A stretch of DNA of 63,874 bases, filler included, from Octopus bimaculoides (taxonomy: Eukaryota), in assembly GCF_001194135.2 (NCBI RefSeq). It is 4 parts of 4 records of this genome, joined end to end, with 100 filler letters (N's around TTAATTAATTAA, not from the genome) between each part and the next. Parts side by side here need not be neighbours in the genome. Positions count along the whole stretch, not along the records: positions 1 to 15,675 come from NC_068992.1; positions 15,776 to 45,208 come from NC_068997.1; 2 more parts are not named here. One strand, 5' to 3'. The translations under genes and the position numbers were made by a program. Positions 12,425 to 24,340 of this stretch are shown here, piece by piece. Under the pieces are notes generated by a model. That model was given only the letters and a program-made list of their open reading frames with translations. It made no database searches and had not been told where the DNA came from. Position 1 is the stretch's first letter. Each line of letters begins with the position of its first letter.

Positions 12425-12760
12425 AGGGAGGAGTGACTCAACTGCATTGACCCTATTCTTCAACTGATACTTATTTTATCGACCCAGAAAGGATGAAAGA
12501 CAGAGGCTACCTCGGCGGAATTTGAACTCAGAACGTGAAACCAAACAAACTACAGCTAATCCTTTCATTTGTTTCAGCAATTTGAGTGCGGCCATGCTGG
12601 AGCACCACCTTTAGTCGAACGAATCGACCCAGGACTTATTCTTTGTAAGCGTAGTACTTATTCTATCGGTTTCTTGTGTCAAACCGCTGAAATGCTAAAC
12701 ACACCAACTTCGGTTGTCAAGTGATGAGGGGGGGAGGAACAAACACACACAGACAAATAT
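12425..12760 (-). mobile_element. SINE A fragment (12425-12540) adjacent to a SINE B 3' half (12560-12760)
   Basis: Match to the A core and to the B tail (CCATGCTGGAGCACCACC..TTAGTCGA). Confidence 0.75.
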
Positions 12761-13891
12761 ACGTATATATATTTTTGCGTATGTGTTTCAAAGAAGCCCG
12801 TCATATATATATANNNNNNNNNNNNNNNNNNNNNNNNNNNNNNNNNNNNNNNNNNNNNNNNNNNNNNNNNNNNNNNNNNNNNNNNNNNNNNNNNNNNNNN
12901 NNNNNNNNNNNNNNNNNNNNNNNNNNNNNNNNNNNNNNNNNNNNNNNNNNNNNNNNNNNNNNNNNNNNNNNNNNNNNNNNNNNNNNNNNNNNNNNNNNNN
13001 NNNNNNNNNNNNNNNNNNNNNNNNNNNNNNNNNNNNNNNNNNNNNNNNNNNNNNNNNNNNNNNNNNNNNNNNNNNNNNNNNNNNNNNNNNNNNNNNNNNN
13101 NNNNNNNNNNNNNNNNNNNNNNNNNNNNNNNNNNNNNNNNNNNNNNNNNNNNNNNNNNNNNNNNNNNNNNNNNNNNNNNNNNNNNNNNNNNNNNNNNNNN
13201 NNNNNNNNNNNNNNNNNNNNNNNNNNNNNNNNNNNNNNNNNNNNNNNNATATATATATATATATATATGCACATATATAAATATGTGTGTGTATGTGTGT
13301 GTGTGTATGTGTGTGTGTGTATGTGTGTGTGTGTGCGTGTACATTTATTCTCTGTGCATTTTCAATTTATTTTATTTTAATTCTGCACTTCTGCTTGTTT
13401 GGATTTGTTACGATATATATAAATATATATATATATGTGGTGCTGTATGAGCATTTAATGTGGTTTTAGAGTCAACGTTTGACTGCTATTACAAGCGTGG
13501 TGGTATCGCTTAGATACCCTAATTTATAATTTTTATAATAACTATTACCTCAGACGTTTTTATTCCCATGCTGGCCACCTGATACGATCGGTATTCTTAA
13601 ATAACGATCTTATCCTTATTTATATAAATATATATATATATATCATATTTATGTGTTTGCGTGTGTCTGTTGTGCTCTGGAAGAAGGTGCTAGCCGGAAA
13701 CGAGACCTACACATCATGTGTCATCTTTGTGGTCGTCGATGAAGCAGATGCTACCCACTACATACAGTGTTGCACCCGGAACCAAGAGATTCCGGGTTCT
13801 TCATCATTGGTCATTTGCCGCCTAAATAAACACAGGTGAGCGGACACTAGCGCGCGCACACAGGCGCGCACACAGGCGCGCACACACACAC

Positions 13892-13961
<70 letters not shown>

Positions 13962-14351
13962 NNNNNNNNNNNNNNNNNNNNNNNNNNNNNNNNNNNNNNN
14001 NNNNNNNNNNNNNNNNNNNNNNNNNNNNNNNNNNNNNNNNNNNNNNNNNNNNNNNNNNNNNNNNNNNNNNNNNNNNNNNNNNNNNNNNNNNNNNNNNNNN
14101 NNNNNNNNNNNNNNNNNNNNNNNNNNNNNNNNNNNNNNNNNNNNNNNNNNNNNNNNNNNNNNNNNNNNNNNNNNNNNNNNNNNNNNNNNNNNNNNNNNNN
14201 NNNNNNNNNNNNNNNNNNNNNNNNNNNNNNNNNNNNNNNNNNNNNNNNNNNNNNNNNNNNNNNNNNNNNNNNNNNNNNNNNNNNNNNNNNNNNNNNNNNN
14301 NNNNNNNNNNNNNNNNNNNNNNNNNNNNNNNNTATATATATATATATGTAT

Positions 14352-14428
<77 letters not shown>

Positions 14429-14779
14429 TACATATGTATATATGTTCGTGGGTACGTATGGAGGTAGGTAGGTAGGTACGTATGTATGAATGAATGAATG
14501 AATGAATGAATGAATGAATATACGTATGTAGGATGCATGTATGGGTGTGTTTATGTGTATAAATACGCGTATGTGTATCAGTATATCTTTTTCTATTTCA
14601 TTCTTCTTCACCTTTACCTTTCCTTCTTCGTTCTTCTCTTTTATTCATTCCCTTCTCATATCTTTACGCCTTCTATCCTTCTATTTCTTTTTCCGACTTC
14701 AACCCTTCTGTTCCCTTTTTTTTTTTTTTTTTTTTTCATTTCATCTCTATTTCTTCCGGTTATTGGACTGTGACCCTTC

Positions 14780-15127
14780 CTGGGGCACCGCTTCGGAGGG
14801 TTTCATCGAACAAATCAAACTCAGTACTTTCTGCTTTAAAGTCTGGTGCTTATTCCGTCCGTCCATTTGGCCGAAACGCTGAATAACGGGGGACGTAAAC
14901 CAACCAACACAGGTTGTCAAACGACGGTGACGTACAAACACGAAAACGCGCACGCACGCACACACGCTACCGTCGGGCTTCCTCGCCGTTTCTGTGTACC
15001 AAATTCATTCACACGGCAGCGATCGGTCCGGAACTTCAGTAGAAGACACGAAGGTACCGCGCAGCGGGACTGAACCGGAAACTACGTGGTTACAAAGCTA
15101 GCCTCTTAACTACACAAGCATACCTGC
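14780..15127 (-). mobile_element. SINE family B, diverged
   Basis: Head, CORE-like segment and tail are recognisable (GGGACTGAACCGGAAAC, GGGGACGTAAAC). Confidence 0.7.
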
Positions 15128-15675
15128 TGCATGCCTTTTTTTTATATATATTTTACTTATATTTATTTATTTTGTCATTCATGTTTCATTCTTCTTCACG
15201 TTATATTTCAATCCTCATCCTGTTTTTTTTTATGCTTTACAAATACATTTATACTTCTCCTCTTCCTCTCTGTCTCTCCCTCCTTCTCTCTCTCTATCTC
15301 TCTCATTCTTCGCATTTCCATCTTTCTCCTTTTCTTTCTATTTTCTTCATTTCCTCTTTTTTTTCTTTTGTTCCCTCTTTTCGAGTTTTTTTCTCAAACT
15401 GTCTTTGTATTTTTTTTTCGCTTTCTTTCCAAGATTTCTTTCTTCCTTCCTCTCTTTCCCACTTTATTTACTTCTCCTTTCAAGTGGATTAAAATATCGA
15501 TACACAACATAGGAAGTATGGCAACATGGCATTTACACGTATTCATACACACAGGTAGACAGCTTCAAACATACAAACACAGAGACATTTATACATATAG
15601 ACATACGTATGTATATGTGTGTGTGCATGTATTAATGTATGCATGCATATCTAAATATATACGCATATATATATA

Positions 15676-15775
15676 NNNNNNNNNNNNNNNNNNNNNNNNN
15701 NNNNNNNNNNNNNNNNNNNTTAATTAATTAANNNNNNNNNNNNNNNNNNNNNNNNNNNNNNNNNNNNNNNNNNNN
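15676..15775. other. Artificial scaffold join: 44 N, TTAATTAATTAA, 44 N
   Basis: Exactly 100 nt with a six-frame stop linker. Identical structures at 45209 and 61325. Confidence 0.95.
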
Positions 15776-16079
15776 TCTGTCACTTACTCTAACGACCTCG
15801 ATTACCTTATCCACCCATTTCTCCGCTAGAAGTATTCCTACGCCCCCGACCCCGTCAGTGTTCCCTGCCCAGAAAATCTTGTACCTGTGTTCTTTGCCTG
15901 TGAGGAACCTTGCAGAACCTCCTCTCCATCTTACTTCCTGGATGCAGCACATATCTACGCATCTCCGTTCAAGCATCTCAACAGTTTCACCAGATCTACC
16001 TTTCAGCGTGCCGACGTTGAGAGTGCCAATCCTAACAGTATGGGTGTTGGGGGTGTGGGCCTGTAGCCTGGGAAGGGGA
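15776..16079 (-). mobile_element. RTE-clade LINE 5' fragment, AP-endonuclease N-terminus
   Basis: RIGTLNVGTL...DMCCIQEVRWRG...GVGGVGILLAEKW...VVRVSDR is the typical RTE APE start. Cut by the scaffold join. Confidence 0.9.
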
Positions 16080-16237
16080 GCTTCTTTCAGTTTCTGTCTA
16101 CAAAATCTACTCACAAGACTTTGGTTGGCTTGAGGCTATAGTAGAAGGCACTTGCCCAAGGTGCCACAAAGTGGGACTGAAACCAGAACCATGTGGTTTG
16201 GAAGCAAACTTCTTACCACACAGACTTGCCTGTGCCT
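16080..16237 (-). mobile_element. SINE B head plus CORE-like segment fused directly upstream of the RTE fragment
   Basis: Matches B up to GAAACTGAAAGAAGC, then switches to LINE sequence. No B tail. Confidence 0.85.
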
Positions 16238-17139
16238 ATACTTTCATAATAATTTAGTTTTGTAACAGCTTAGCCACAAGGAAGAACGGCAGAGCCTATG
16301 AACAATGGTAATTTTAGAATTCTTTTGTTTGAAGAATATAATGTGACCAGTTGATAAAATGAAAGAATTGAAAATGTGAAAGAGTTGATAAATCATAAAC
16401 TGTGGAGGAATTCTGCTTGAAGCATTCCACATAACCTCTCACAACTTATTTTCTGAAATTTTCAAAATATGTTTGTGAATTTGTGTTCTACACACGGGAA
16501 TTCATATGATTATGCAAAAACTAAAAACAAAAAAAAAAATTTGATGTGTGACTTAAGGACTATTTAGCTGTTATTTTTAGTACATCTCATGACCACTTCA
16601 TACCCTCCTCATCTGTTTGTCAGTTTGTCGTCTTTCAATATCGTTCTCCCCATTAACATTGAATCATTTATTGCTGAGATTTAAGCTAAAAATTTGGACT
16701 GTCTCTATATTAAATTGAAAGAAAAAGAAAATTCGGAAAAAAAAAATCAGATTTGTTCAAACTGGGTCCTCTACCAAGAGAGGGCCCTACACACATGTTC
16801 AAGGGGTGTACGCTATAATGAATTTTTAGTATATCATAGTGGCTAATGATGGAGCCTCAAGCCTTCAACACTTTATGGTTGGAACTGGTGTACTATGTGA
16901 AGTATAAAACAGCAATCTTCAGGTTTTGCAGAGTAGAGTGCCCCCACTGTCATTTTCTAATTGGGTTCTGTGCTTCCTAGTGCCAGCTCTGCGTGTAATT
17001 CCCTCTCTCTCCCGCCATCATCCACATCTCAAGACATACTGCAATAACTGGCCTTAATGTATAGTGTCTATACATTAAGTATAATACATAGATGGCTATT
17101 TTTATCAAATACTTCCTCAATTGCATATACCGGTTGTTT

Positions 17140-17515
17140 TAATCCCCGTGAGATCTTAGAATGCTGAACCTTACAAAGGAGATGACAGAGGACTGGGATA
17201 TGTGATGCATTACTATACTCGAGAAGATACAACCACCACAACAGGAATGAGATACTAAAACAAAGGTGCCACGTAAAAAGTGTTGGTGTGGATGCTGGTG
17301 CATGTAAGAAGCACCCTGTACACTCTGTAGAGTGTTAGAGAAGGTATCCAGCTGTAGAAACCAAGCCAAAACAAATGATGAAATTTCTTTTTATAGGGCA
17401 CTAGAATGGGTGATTTTTACATGGTGCTGGAACAACTGCTTTTCTTATTTGATATCTGTCAAACTGTCCAACCCATGCCAGCATGAAAAATGGACATTGA
17501 ATGATGATGATGATA
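17140..17515 (+). mobile_element. RTE 3' end relic followed by another SINE 3' fragment
   Basis: DLRMLNLTKEMTEDWDM resembles RTE C-termini. The tail CCAACCCATGCCAGCATG..(GAT)n is also seen inverted at ~27620-27990. Confidence 0.5.
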
Positions 17516-17560
17516 ATACTAACATTTATGTATATATATTACCTGTCTATCCATTTATTT

Positions 17561-17946
17561 GTGGAGATGCAATGGCCCAGTGGTTAGGGCAGCGGACTCA
17601 CAGTCATAGGATCGCGGTTTCGACTCCCAGGCCAGGCGTTATGAGTTTATTGAGCGAAAAACCCCTAAAGCTCCACGAGGCTCCGGCAGGGGATGGTGGT
17701 GAACCCTGCTGTACTCTTCCACCACAACTTTCTCTCACTCTTACTTCCTGTTTCTGTTGTGCCTGTAATTCAAAGGGCCAGCCTTGTCACTCTGTGTCAC
17801 GCTGAATATCCCCGAGAACTACGTTAAGGGTACACGTGTCTGTGGAGTGCTCAGCCACTTGCACGTTAATTTCACGAGCAGGCTGTTCCGTTGATTGGAT
17901 CAACTGGAACCCTTGACGTCGTAAGCGATGTAGTGCCATCATCATC
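17561..17946 (+). mobile_element. SINE family C, full length
   Basis: A-box TGGCCCAGTGG, B-box GGTTTCGACTCC. 12-bp TSD ATCCATTTATTT at 17549-17560 and 17947-17958. Confidence 0.92.
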
Positions 17947-18068
17947 ATCCATTTATTTATCCATATATTTATCCATCTCTCTTCCTCCCTCCCTCTTTTC
18001 TTTCTCTCTCTCTCTCTCTCTCTTACTCTGTCTGTTTATCTATCAGTCTCTCAGTTGTCCCATCCACC

Positions 18069-18378
18069 CTGAGACCCCCTTCGGTCATGACTGACCATGG
18101 GATTGTACCTAGAAAGTTACCCTATGAGGTACAAGTCCGGGCAAGGTTGTTTATGTAAGACCAGCAGTCGCCCAGCCTCACCCTCTCCACACCACCAGTG
18201 TTATCCAAGAGAAAGGGCAAAGGCCGATACAGCTTGGTACCAGTGACATCGCAACTCATTTCTACAGCTGAGTGAACTGGAGCAACGTGAAATAAAGTGT
18301 CTTGCCCAAGAACACAACACGCAGCCCTGTCCAGGATTCGAACTCACAACTTCACGATCGTAAGCTTGATGCACCTTC
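18069..18378 (-). mobile_element. SINE family D
   Basis: Colinear with the copies at 35345 and 58571 (GCAAGACACTTTATTTCACGTTG...GACCGAAGGGGGTCT). Confidence 0.85.
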
Positions 18379-18659
18379 ACCTCATCCACCCATCCATTAT
18401 TCAATCTATACCAGCATTTATATTCATTATTTATTCTCAGTCTAAACTCCGAGAAGGCAGCAACCTAGCAGAATCATTACCATGTTAAACACAATGCTTA
18501 GCATAATCTCTTCTGGCTTTACAGAGTCCAAATGCAACCATGGTTGACTTTGCCTTTCACCCTTTGAGATCGATAAATTAAGCGTCAATCAAACACTGGA
18601 GTTGATGATATCAATTAAAATTGCTGGCCTTGCGTGAAAGTTTTAAACTATTACTAATC

Positions 18660-18690
<31 letters not shown>

Positions 18691-18745
18691 CATATACAAG
18701 TGTACATTTATACTCATCCTATGTACTTATTTTTCTATATTTCAG

Positions 18746-18878
18746 AAGCCTTTACGAGATTTATTCAAAAGTTTGTGGGTGTTGCTCCATCAAAATATGT
18801 TGCCCTAGAAAAGCCCGAAAGCAACAAGTCTTGAACATCAAGATTGGTAAAAACAAATATTCAGCCATTGGGAATTAA
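18746..18878 (+). CDS. Candidate terminal exon (phase 2: SLYEIYSKVCGCCSIKICCPRKARKQQVLNIKIGKNKYSAIGN*)
   Basis: Strong acceptor TTTTTCTATATTTCAG in non-repeat sequence. An alternative phase-1 reading is also open for ~29 codons. Confidence 0.3.
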
Positions 18879-18975
18879 ATTTTAATTCCATGAAATTTCA
18901 GGAAGAAAAAATGAAAAAAAGGCAAAGGCAAATACTCAACAATACGAAAATGAAATTAATTTCTCTGGATAACTT

Positions 18976-19009
<34 letters not shown>

Positions 19010-20930
19010 TGAGTGAGTGAGTGTTTTTGTGTGTGTGCATGTGTTTAATCTTTTTACTGGAATTTTCTTGGAGATATTACATACTGAACCAAATCTCAAC
19101 TTTAGACTCTTTAGCCTCAATGTAAAATGTTGAGCAGCTATGATTTATTTTCAACTGAAAAGTGGAGGGGAAAAAAACGAGGCAAAAAAGCCTAAACATA
19201 ACAAAATACTTGATCTGCAGCAAATTTGAATGAACAACATTTCTCAGTGAAAATATCTTCTGAACAACTTGAAACATGGCGTAATTTCATTAACTAATAT
19301 TAACACTTCACACTTTCACCTATACTCATACATTTTTCCTTGCTTGAATATCAACTCACTGGGATTTCATTCTCAGCACATGGACTTACAATTGTACGAA
19401 TGATACAGCATTCATATTGAGTTCACTGGTCATTGAGGGCTTGCAAAGCTTATGAATGCAAACACTTTCTTCTGACAAAATCAGTGAAAAGAAAACAAAC
19501 TTACTTTACTCATTAAAAAAAAAAAGGCAAAACACCAGATCAAATCTTCACCAATTCTTTTGTTACCATATTTCTATTGAAATGTATTGTCTTTGGTTTG
19601 GTTATTTTTGAAAATATTGAAAACTTTTAACTAAAATAACTTTATCATTTTGTTGAATATCTTGGGAGATTTGTTATATCAATCATAATAACACATGGGT
19701 CAATTCTGCTTCTTTCTTGTTAGTCATTTGGTTAAATATGTAACCATCTAACTAATCAAGCATTTGTTTAATGTGCTCGTCAAACAATTGATTAGCTGTT
19801 TGTTAGTCAAAGTTCTTTCGTTGCTGGTCGCCATCTTTTCAGTGACTTGGTAATTTCCTCTCTCACTCTGAGGTCTGTAAGGTCTGTCCTTGTTATTATT
19901 GCTGTTATTATTGGTGTAATTACTCTCCCAACACACAACAAAATTTGTTTCAACAAAGGAATTCACATCAAGAATCTTGCAAAACAAATACAACTTTGCC
20001 ATTATTGTTTTGGTTGGAGCATAAACTAACATGAAATTTTGATGGAAGATTTTAATTCAGATCACTTTAATACAGAAAGATTGTGTCATAAAATCAGGGA
20101 TGATCTCAGATATGTCGCCATCCAAAGGATTAATTTAATTAAAACCTTCGTTATAAAGTTGAACAAAAAAACATAATTCTTGATGAAAGAAATTAAATAC
20201 TGATTGATTTTTTAAATCCAAATTTTGACCTACCCTCATTGAAGAACTTATCAAACATAGATTTGTAGATGGTTTTTAAGTGATGAAAGTGACACAGTAA
20301 CTATTTACAATAAAATGTCTTTCTGGATTATTTTTTTCCTGCTACTTTCAAGTAAAAGAAAACGAATCTTGCAAGGAATACACAAAACATCATTTACTAA
20401 CATGTCTAACATGACTGGATTAAAAGGAAAAATTATTTTATGAATACACATACATCAAATGTCTGATAGATACTACGTTTAACTAATTAGTGTTTTTATC
20501 TGAAGATTTTTTCTTTTTGGACGAACATTTTTTAAAAAACAATTTTTACAAAAAAAAAAAGAAAAATATTCTTCAAATATTGACTTCTAAAATTATCTGT
20601 GCAATTTTTGTCTTATGAAGTCTAAAAGACCTTTCATAAACAATATTCTGTGAGTGGGAAATGTAACATTTCCACACTTGCCATCTCTGAAGAGCACAAG
20701 TATTAGATAACCATTCAGTTTGCTAATATCCAGTGCAAAATTAATTGGGTGAAATCGGCTGTAAGGGATCTATAATACTGAATACTTTAATATATAATTG
20801 TTGATACGATGTAAACTTCTCACAGAATGTTATGTTGTTGTTCTTTTATCGTACAATAAATACTCAATTACAATAATTAACACAAAGCTAAACAACAACA
20901 AACATTTGTTTTGTAATAAATCATTATATT

Positions 20931-21149
20931 AAGGCAGTGATCCAGCAGAAACGTTAGCACGCCGGGCGAAATGCTTAGCTGTATTTCAGCTGTCTTTACG
21001 TTCTGAGTTCAAATTCTGCCAAGGTCGACTTTGCTTTTCATTCTTTTGGGGTCGATAAATTAAGTACCAGTTGCGTACTGAGGTTGATCTAATCAACTGG
21101 CCCCCTCCAAAAAAAATTTCGGACCTTGTGCCTTGAGTAGAAAAGAATA
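20931..21149 (+). mobile_element. SINE family A, full length
   Basis: Complete A sequence. AATAAATCAT occurs on both flanks (probable TSD). Confidence 0.88.
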
Positions 21150-21550
21150 AATCATATTTGTAAAACAAATTTTATTTTATATAATATCCTTATTAAAGTT
21201 TAGTATCAAAATATTTCATTCATTTTTTATTTGTTTCAGTAATTTAACTGTGGCCATGCTGGGGCAGTACCTTGAATGGTTTTTAGTTTAACAGACTGGC
21301 CCCCAGTACTTATGTATGTTTTTATTTTTAAGCCTGGTACTTATTCTATAAGTTGCTTCTACCAATCCTCTAAGGTATAAGGATGTAAACAAACCAACAC
21401 AGCTTATCAAGCACCCACACATACCAGAATGGAGAGCGGACATTAAATGATGATGACGATGAATTCCAATTTGGTTCTAAGCTTGGAATTTACTCTATAA
21501 AGAGATGGATTGTTTCATTGGTGACATACTTAAAAATCCATTACTATCCA

Positions 21551-21915
21551 CTTTTACTCTTTTACTTGTTTCAGTCATTTGACTGTGGCCATGCTGGAGC
21601 ACTGCCTTTAGCCGAGCAAATCGACCCCAGGACTTATTCTCTGTAAGCCTAGTACTTATTCTATTGGACTCTTTTGCCGAACTGCTAAGTTACAGGGACG
21701 TAAACACACCAGTTTCGGTTGTCAAGTGATTTTGGGGTCACACACACACACACACACACACAGGGCTTCTTTCAGTTTCCGTCTACCAAATGCACCCACA
21801 AGGCTTTGGTCGGCCCGAGGCTATAGTAGACACTTGCCCAAGGTGCCACGCAGTTAGGACTGAACCCGGAACCATGTGGTTGGTATGCAAGCTACTTACC
21901 ACAGAGCCACTCCTA
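21551..21915 (-). mobile_element. SINE family B, full length (another B tail fragment at ~21225-21440)
   Basis: Head, CORE-like segment, central (CA)n and (TTTTAC)n tail. Confidence 0.9.
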
Positions 21916-21942
21916 TCTGTAAAATTTATATGAACATTAACA

Positions 21943-22068
21943 AGGAGAATGGAGTGAGTAACTTGTTCGACTGCATGATTCAAGAGGAGAATGGGGTGAG
22001 TAACTTGTTCGACTGCATGATTCAAGAGGAGAATGGGGTGAGTAACTTGTTCGACTGCATGATTCAAG
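21943..22068. repeat. 42-bp minisatellite, exactly 3 copies
   Basis: AGGAGAATGG(A/G)GTGAGTAACTTGTTCGACTGCATGATTCAAG at 21943, 21985 and 22027. Confidence 0.97.
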
Positions 22069-22099
22069 AATTGAGGGATCTGAGTTGCTCACTCTGTTC

Positions 22100-22287
22100 T
22101 CAATATTCACAGGCTTCCACACAATTTCCGTGTACCAAATTCACTCACAAGGCACTGGTCTTCTTGGGGCTATGGAAGAAGACATTCACCCAAGGTGCTG
22201 CACAATGGGATTGAACCCAGAAGTGGGACTGAACCCGGAACCATATGCTTACAAAGTAAGCTTCTTACCCATGCAACCACGCCTACA
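22100..22287 (-). mobile_element. SINE B head with an ~18-bp internal duplication over the B-box
   Basis: GGGATTGAACCCAGAAGT followed by GGGACTGAACCCGGAACC. Confidence 0.75.
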
Positions 22288-22301
22288 CCTCAAAGAAAGT
22301 A

Positions 22302-23217
22302 CAGTAATCACTTTCTATATTGCAGTTCACCTATCACGTCCTCAGTACCTCGCAAATTTTTCTGGTTAATATTTTAAAATTTATATCGCGGACTCCTCAG
22401 TATATCATGGATTTCTGAAGCCAATGGGTAGTTATATTTTTTTTAGATTTTAATTATTTCTGTGGTGAAATAAGCGTTTAAACGCCTAAGAATTAATAAA
22501 GAGGAATACAGTACGGTACTGGATTGTAAAACACATAGATTAAAATATATTAAAAGCAAACATGTAGTGTATAGTAGATGAGTAAACAAACAATCGTATA
22601 TACTGTATGGAAAACAAAACTCGGGAGGCAAGAAAAGAGAAGACGTGAGTATTCCTAAGAGTGTGGGAAGAGTTTATAAAAGCCTAAATATTTAAAATTA
22701 ATAAAATAGATTAGCTTGCTTACCAACCACATGGTTCCGGGTTCAGTCCTACTGCGTGGCACCTTGGGCAAGTGTCTTCTACTATCGCCTCGGGCCAACC
22801 AAAGCCTTGTGAGTGGATTTGGTAGACGGAAACTGAAAGAAGCTCTTCGTATATATGTATATATATATATATATATGTGTGTTTGTATCTGTGTTTGTAC
22901 CCCCAACATTGCTTGACAACAGATGCTGGATTGTTTACGTCCCCGTAACGTAGCGGTTCGGCAAAAGGGACTGATAGAATAAGTACTAGGCTTCCAAAGA
23001 ATAAGTCCTGGGGTCGATTTGCTCGACTAAAGGTGGTGCTCCAGCATGGCCACAGGCAAATGACTGAAACAAGTAAAAGAGTAAAATAGATATATGCAAA
23101 TTATAAAAGTTAATAAAAGGAAAATATACAGTACAAAAATGTTTCTCCTTTGTGGATTTTCACCAATCACGGGGTTGGTTTTGGAATGTATCACCAGTGA
23201 TAGTCGAGGGATTACTG
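22302..23217 (+). mobile_element. Tigger/pogo-like MITE interrupted by a SINE B
   Basis: Starts TA|CAGTAATC and ends GAGGGATTACTG|CA. The 3' part matches 10830-11035. Confidence 0.75.
22712..23081 (+). mobile_element. SINE family B inserted in the MITE
   Basis: 10-bp TSD TAAAATAGAT at 22702-22711 and 23082-23091. Confidence 0.92.
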
Positions 23218-23314
23218 CATAACATTTAACAAAACATATCTTAAAATGAAATATCAGGCCTAATTTTGACTGATGACCAGGGCTGCTGAATTTTGTGACC
23301 CAAAAGTAACAAGT

Positions 23315-23529
23315 TTAATTCTTTAACATTTAAACCAGCCATTATCCGGCCTAAATGTCTTACCTGTTTTATATTCAAACCAACCAGGTCTGGCCTCTTA
23401 TAATATTGTTCTAAAAATAAACAATCACATCATCAAAATTACGAATCTACAAAATAATGCATGATTAATACAAAGCAATGTGAATAAATATTACGTTTGG
23501 CAGAGAAAATCTGAATGTTCAAGGGCTAA
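23315..23529. mobile_element. Decayed piggyBac-like (TTAA) MITE
   Basis: Ends TTAATTCTTTAACATT and AATGTTCAAGGGCTAA are an imperfect inverted pair. Confidence 0.45.
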
Positions 23530-23974
23530 ACTTGCCATTGTCATGGCAGATAAGACTATATAAAGTTTCTATATACAATTCTCCTGAAAATAAAAAAAAG
23601 ATTGGGTGTCAAGGGCCTACTAAAAATTAATTTTTAAACAATTTAGATCAAGAATAATCTAACCAAAGGAATTTGTAAATTAACTTTGTTCCTCTATGAT
23701 CTGACATCAAACTCTAATAATGTTGACTTTGTATTATATATTTTCCAGAGTAGGCAACAATAGTAAATCACTCTACTATGCCCTTCATTTGTAAAAATTG
23801 GTCAAGTGTTTTGTTGAAAGAAATCCTTACGTTATCATTCATGGTATTTATTCCTGCAGGAAATTGATGTTTAAACATACAAAACTTAAATCCATGGTTA
23901 TTAAGAGCTCAAGTGGTAATAGGTTGTTAAACTCCAGCACACTATTACAATGCAATAAGGGTTGTATTCACAAG

Positions 23975-24340
23975 CAATAAGAAGCAGGAGGATGAATTAG
24001 ATGCCAGATTTGCTGGTGCCGGTACAGTAGCGTGCCAGATCCAGCATTCGATTGTCAGAAATGGAAAATTCAGAAAAAAAGCCAAACTCACTATTTTTAA
24101 TTCAGATTTTGTGCCTCTCCTCACCTGTGGTCACTGAAAGTTTGGTAATGACCGAAAGAGTATAACTGCAAATACAAGTGGCCAAAATGAGGTAACAGCT
24201 TTGATACAATGGACACACGATTAGAATGTTGCAGGAAAGAATCATAAGACAGATTCTTCAAGCAGAGTCAAGAGGCAGGAGACCTAGGGGTAGACCAAGA
24301 ATGAGATGATTAGATAATACCCGTATTATCTCAGTTGGTT
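23975..24340 (+). mobile_element. RTE LINE 3' fragment
   Basis: EDELDARFAGAG...KKAKLTIFNSDFVPLLTCGH and RMLQERIIRQILQAESRGRRPRGRPRMR*LDN. Confidence 0.85.

Noticed and set aside
13720-13760. VVVDEAD as a DEAD-box motif II
   Set aside because: No neighbouring helicase motifs; a short match is expected by chance.
17561-17640. SINE heads as tRNA genes
   Set aside because: A/B boxes are present but there is no closed cloverleaf. Each head continues into a SINE body with TSDs.
21943-22068. CRISPR-like array
   Set aside because: Direct tandem units with no spacers, in a eukaryotic context.
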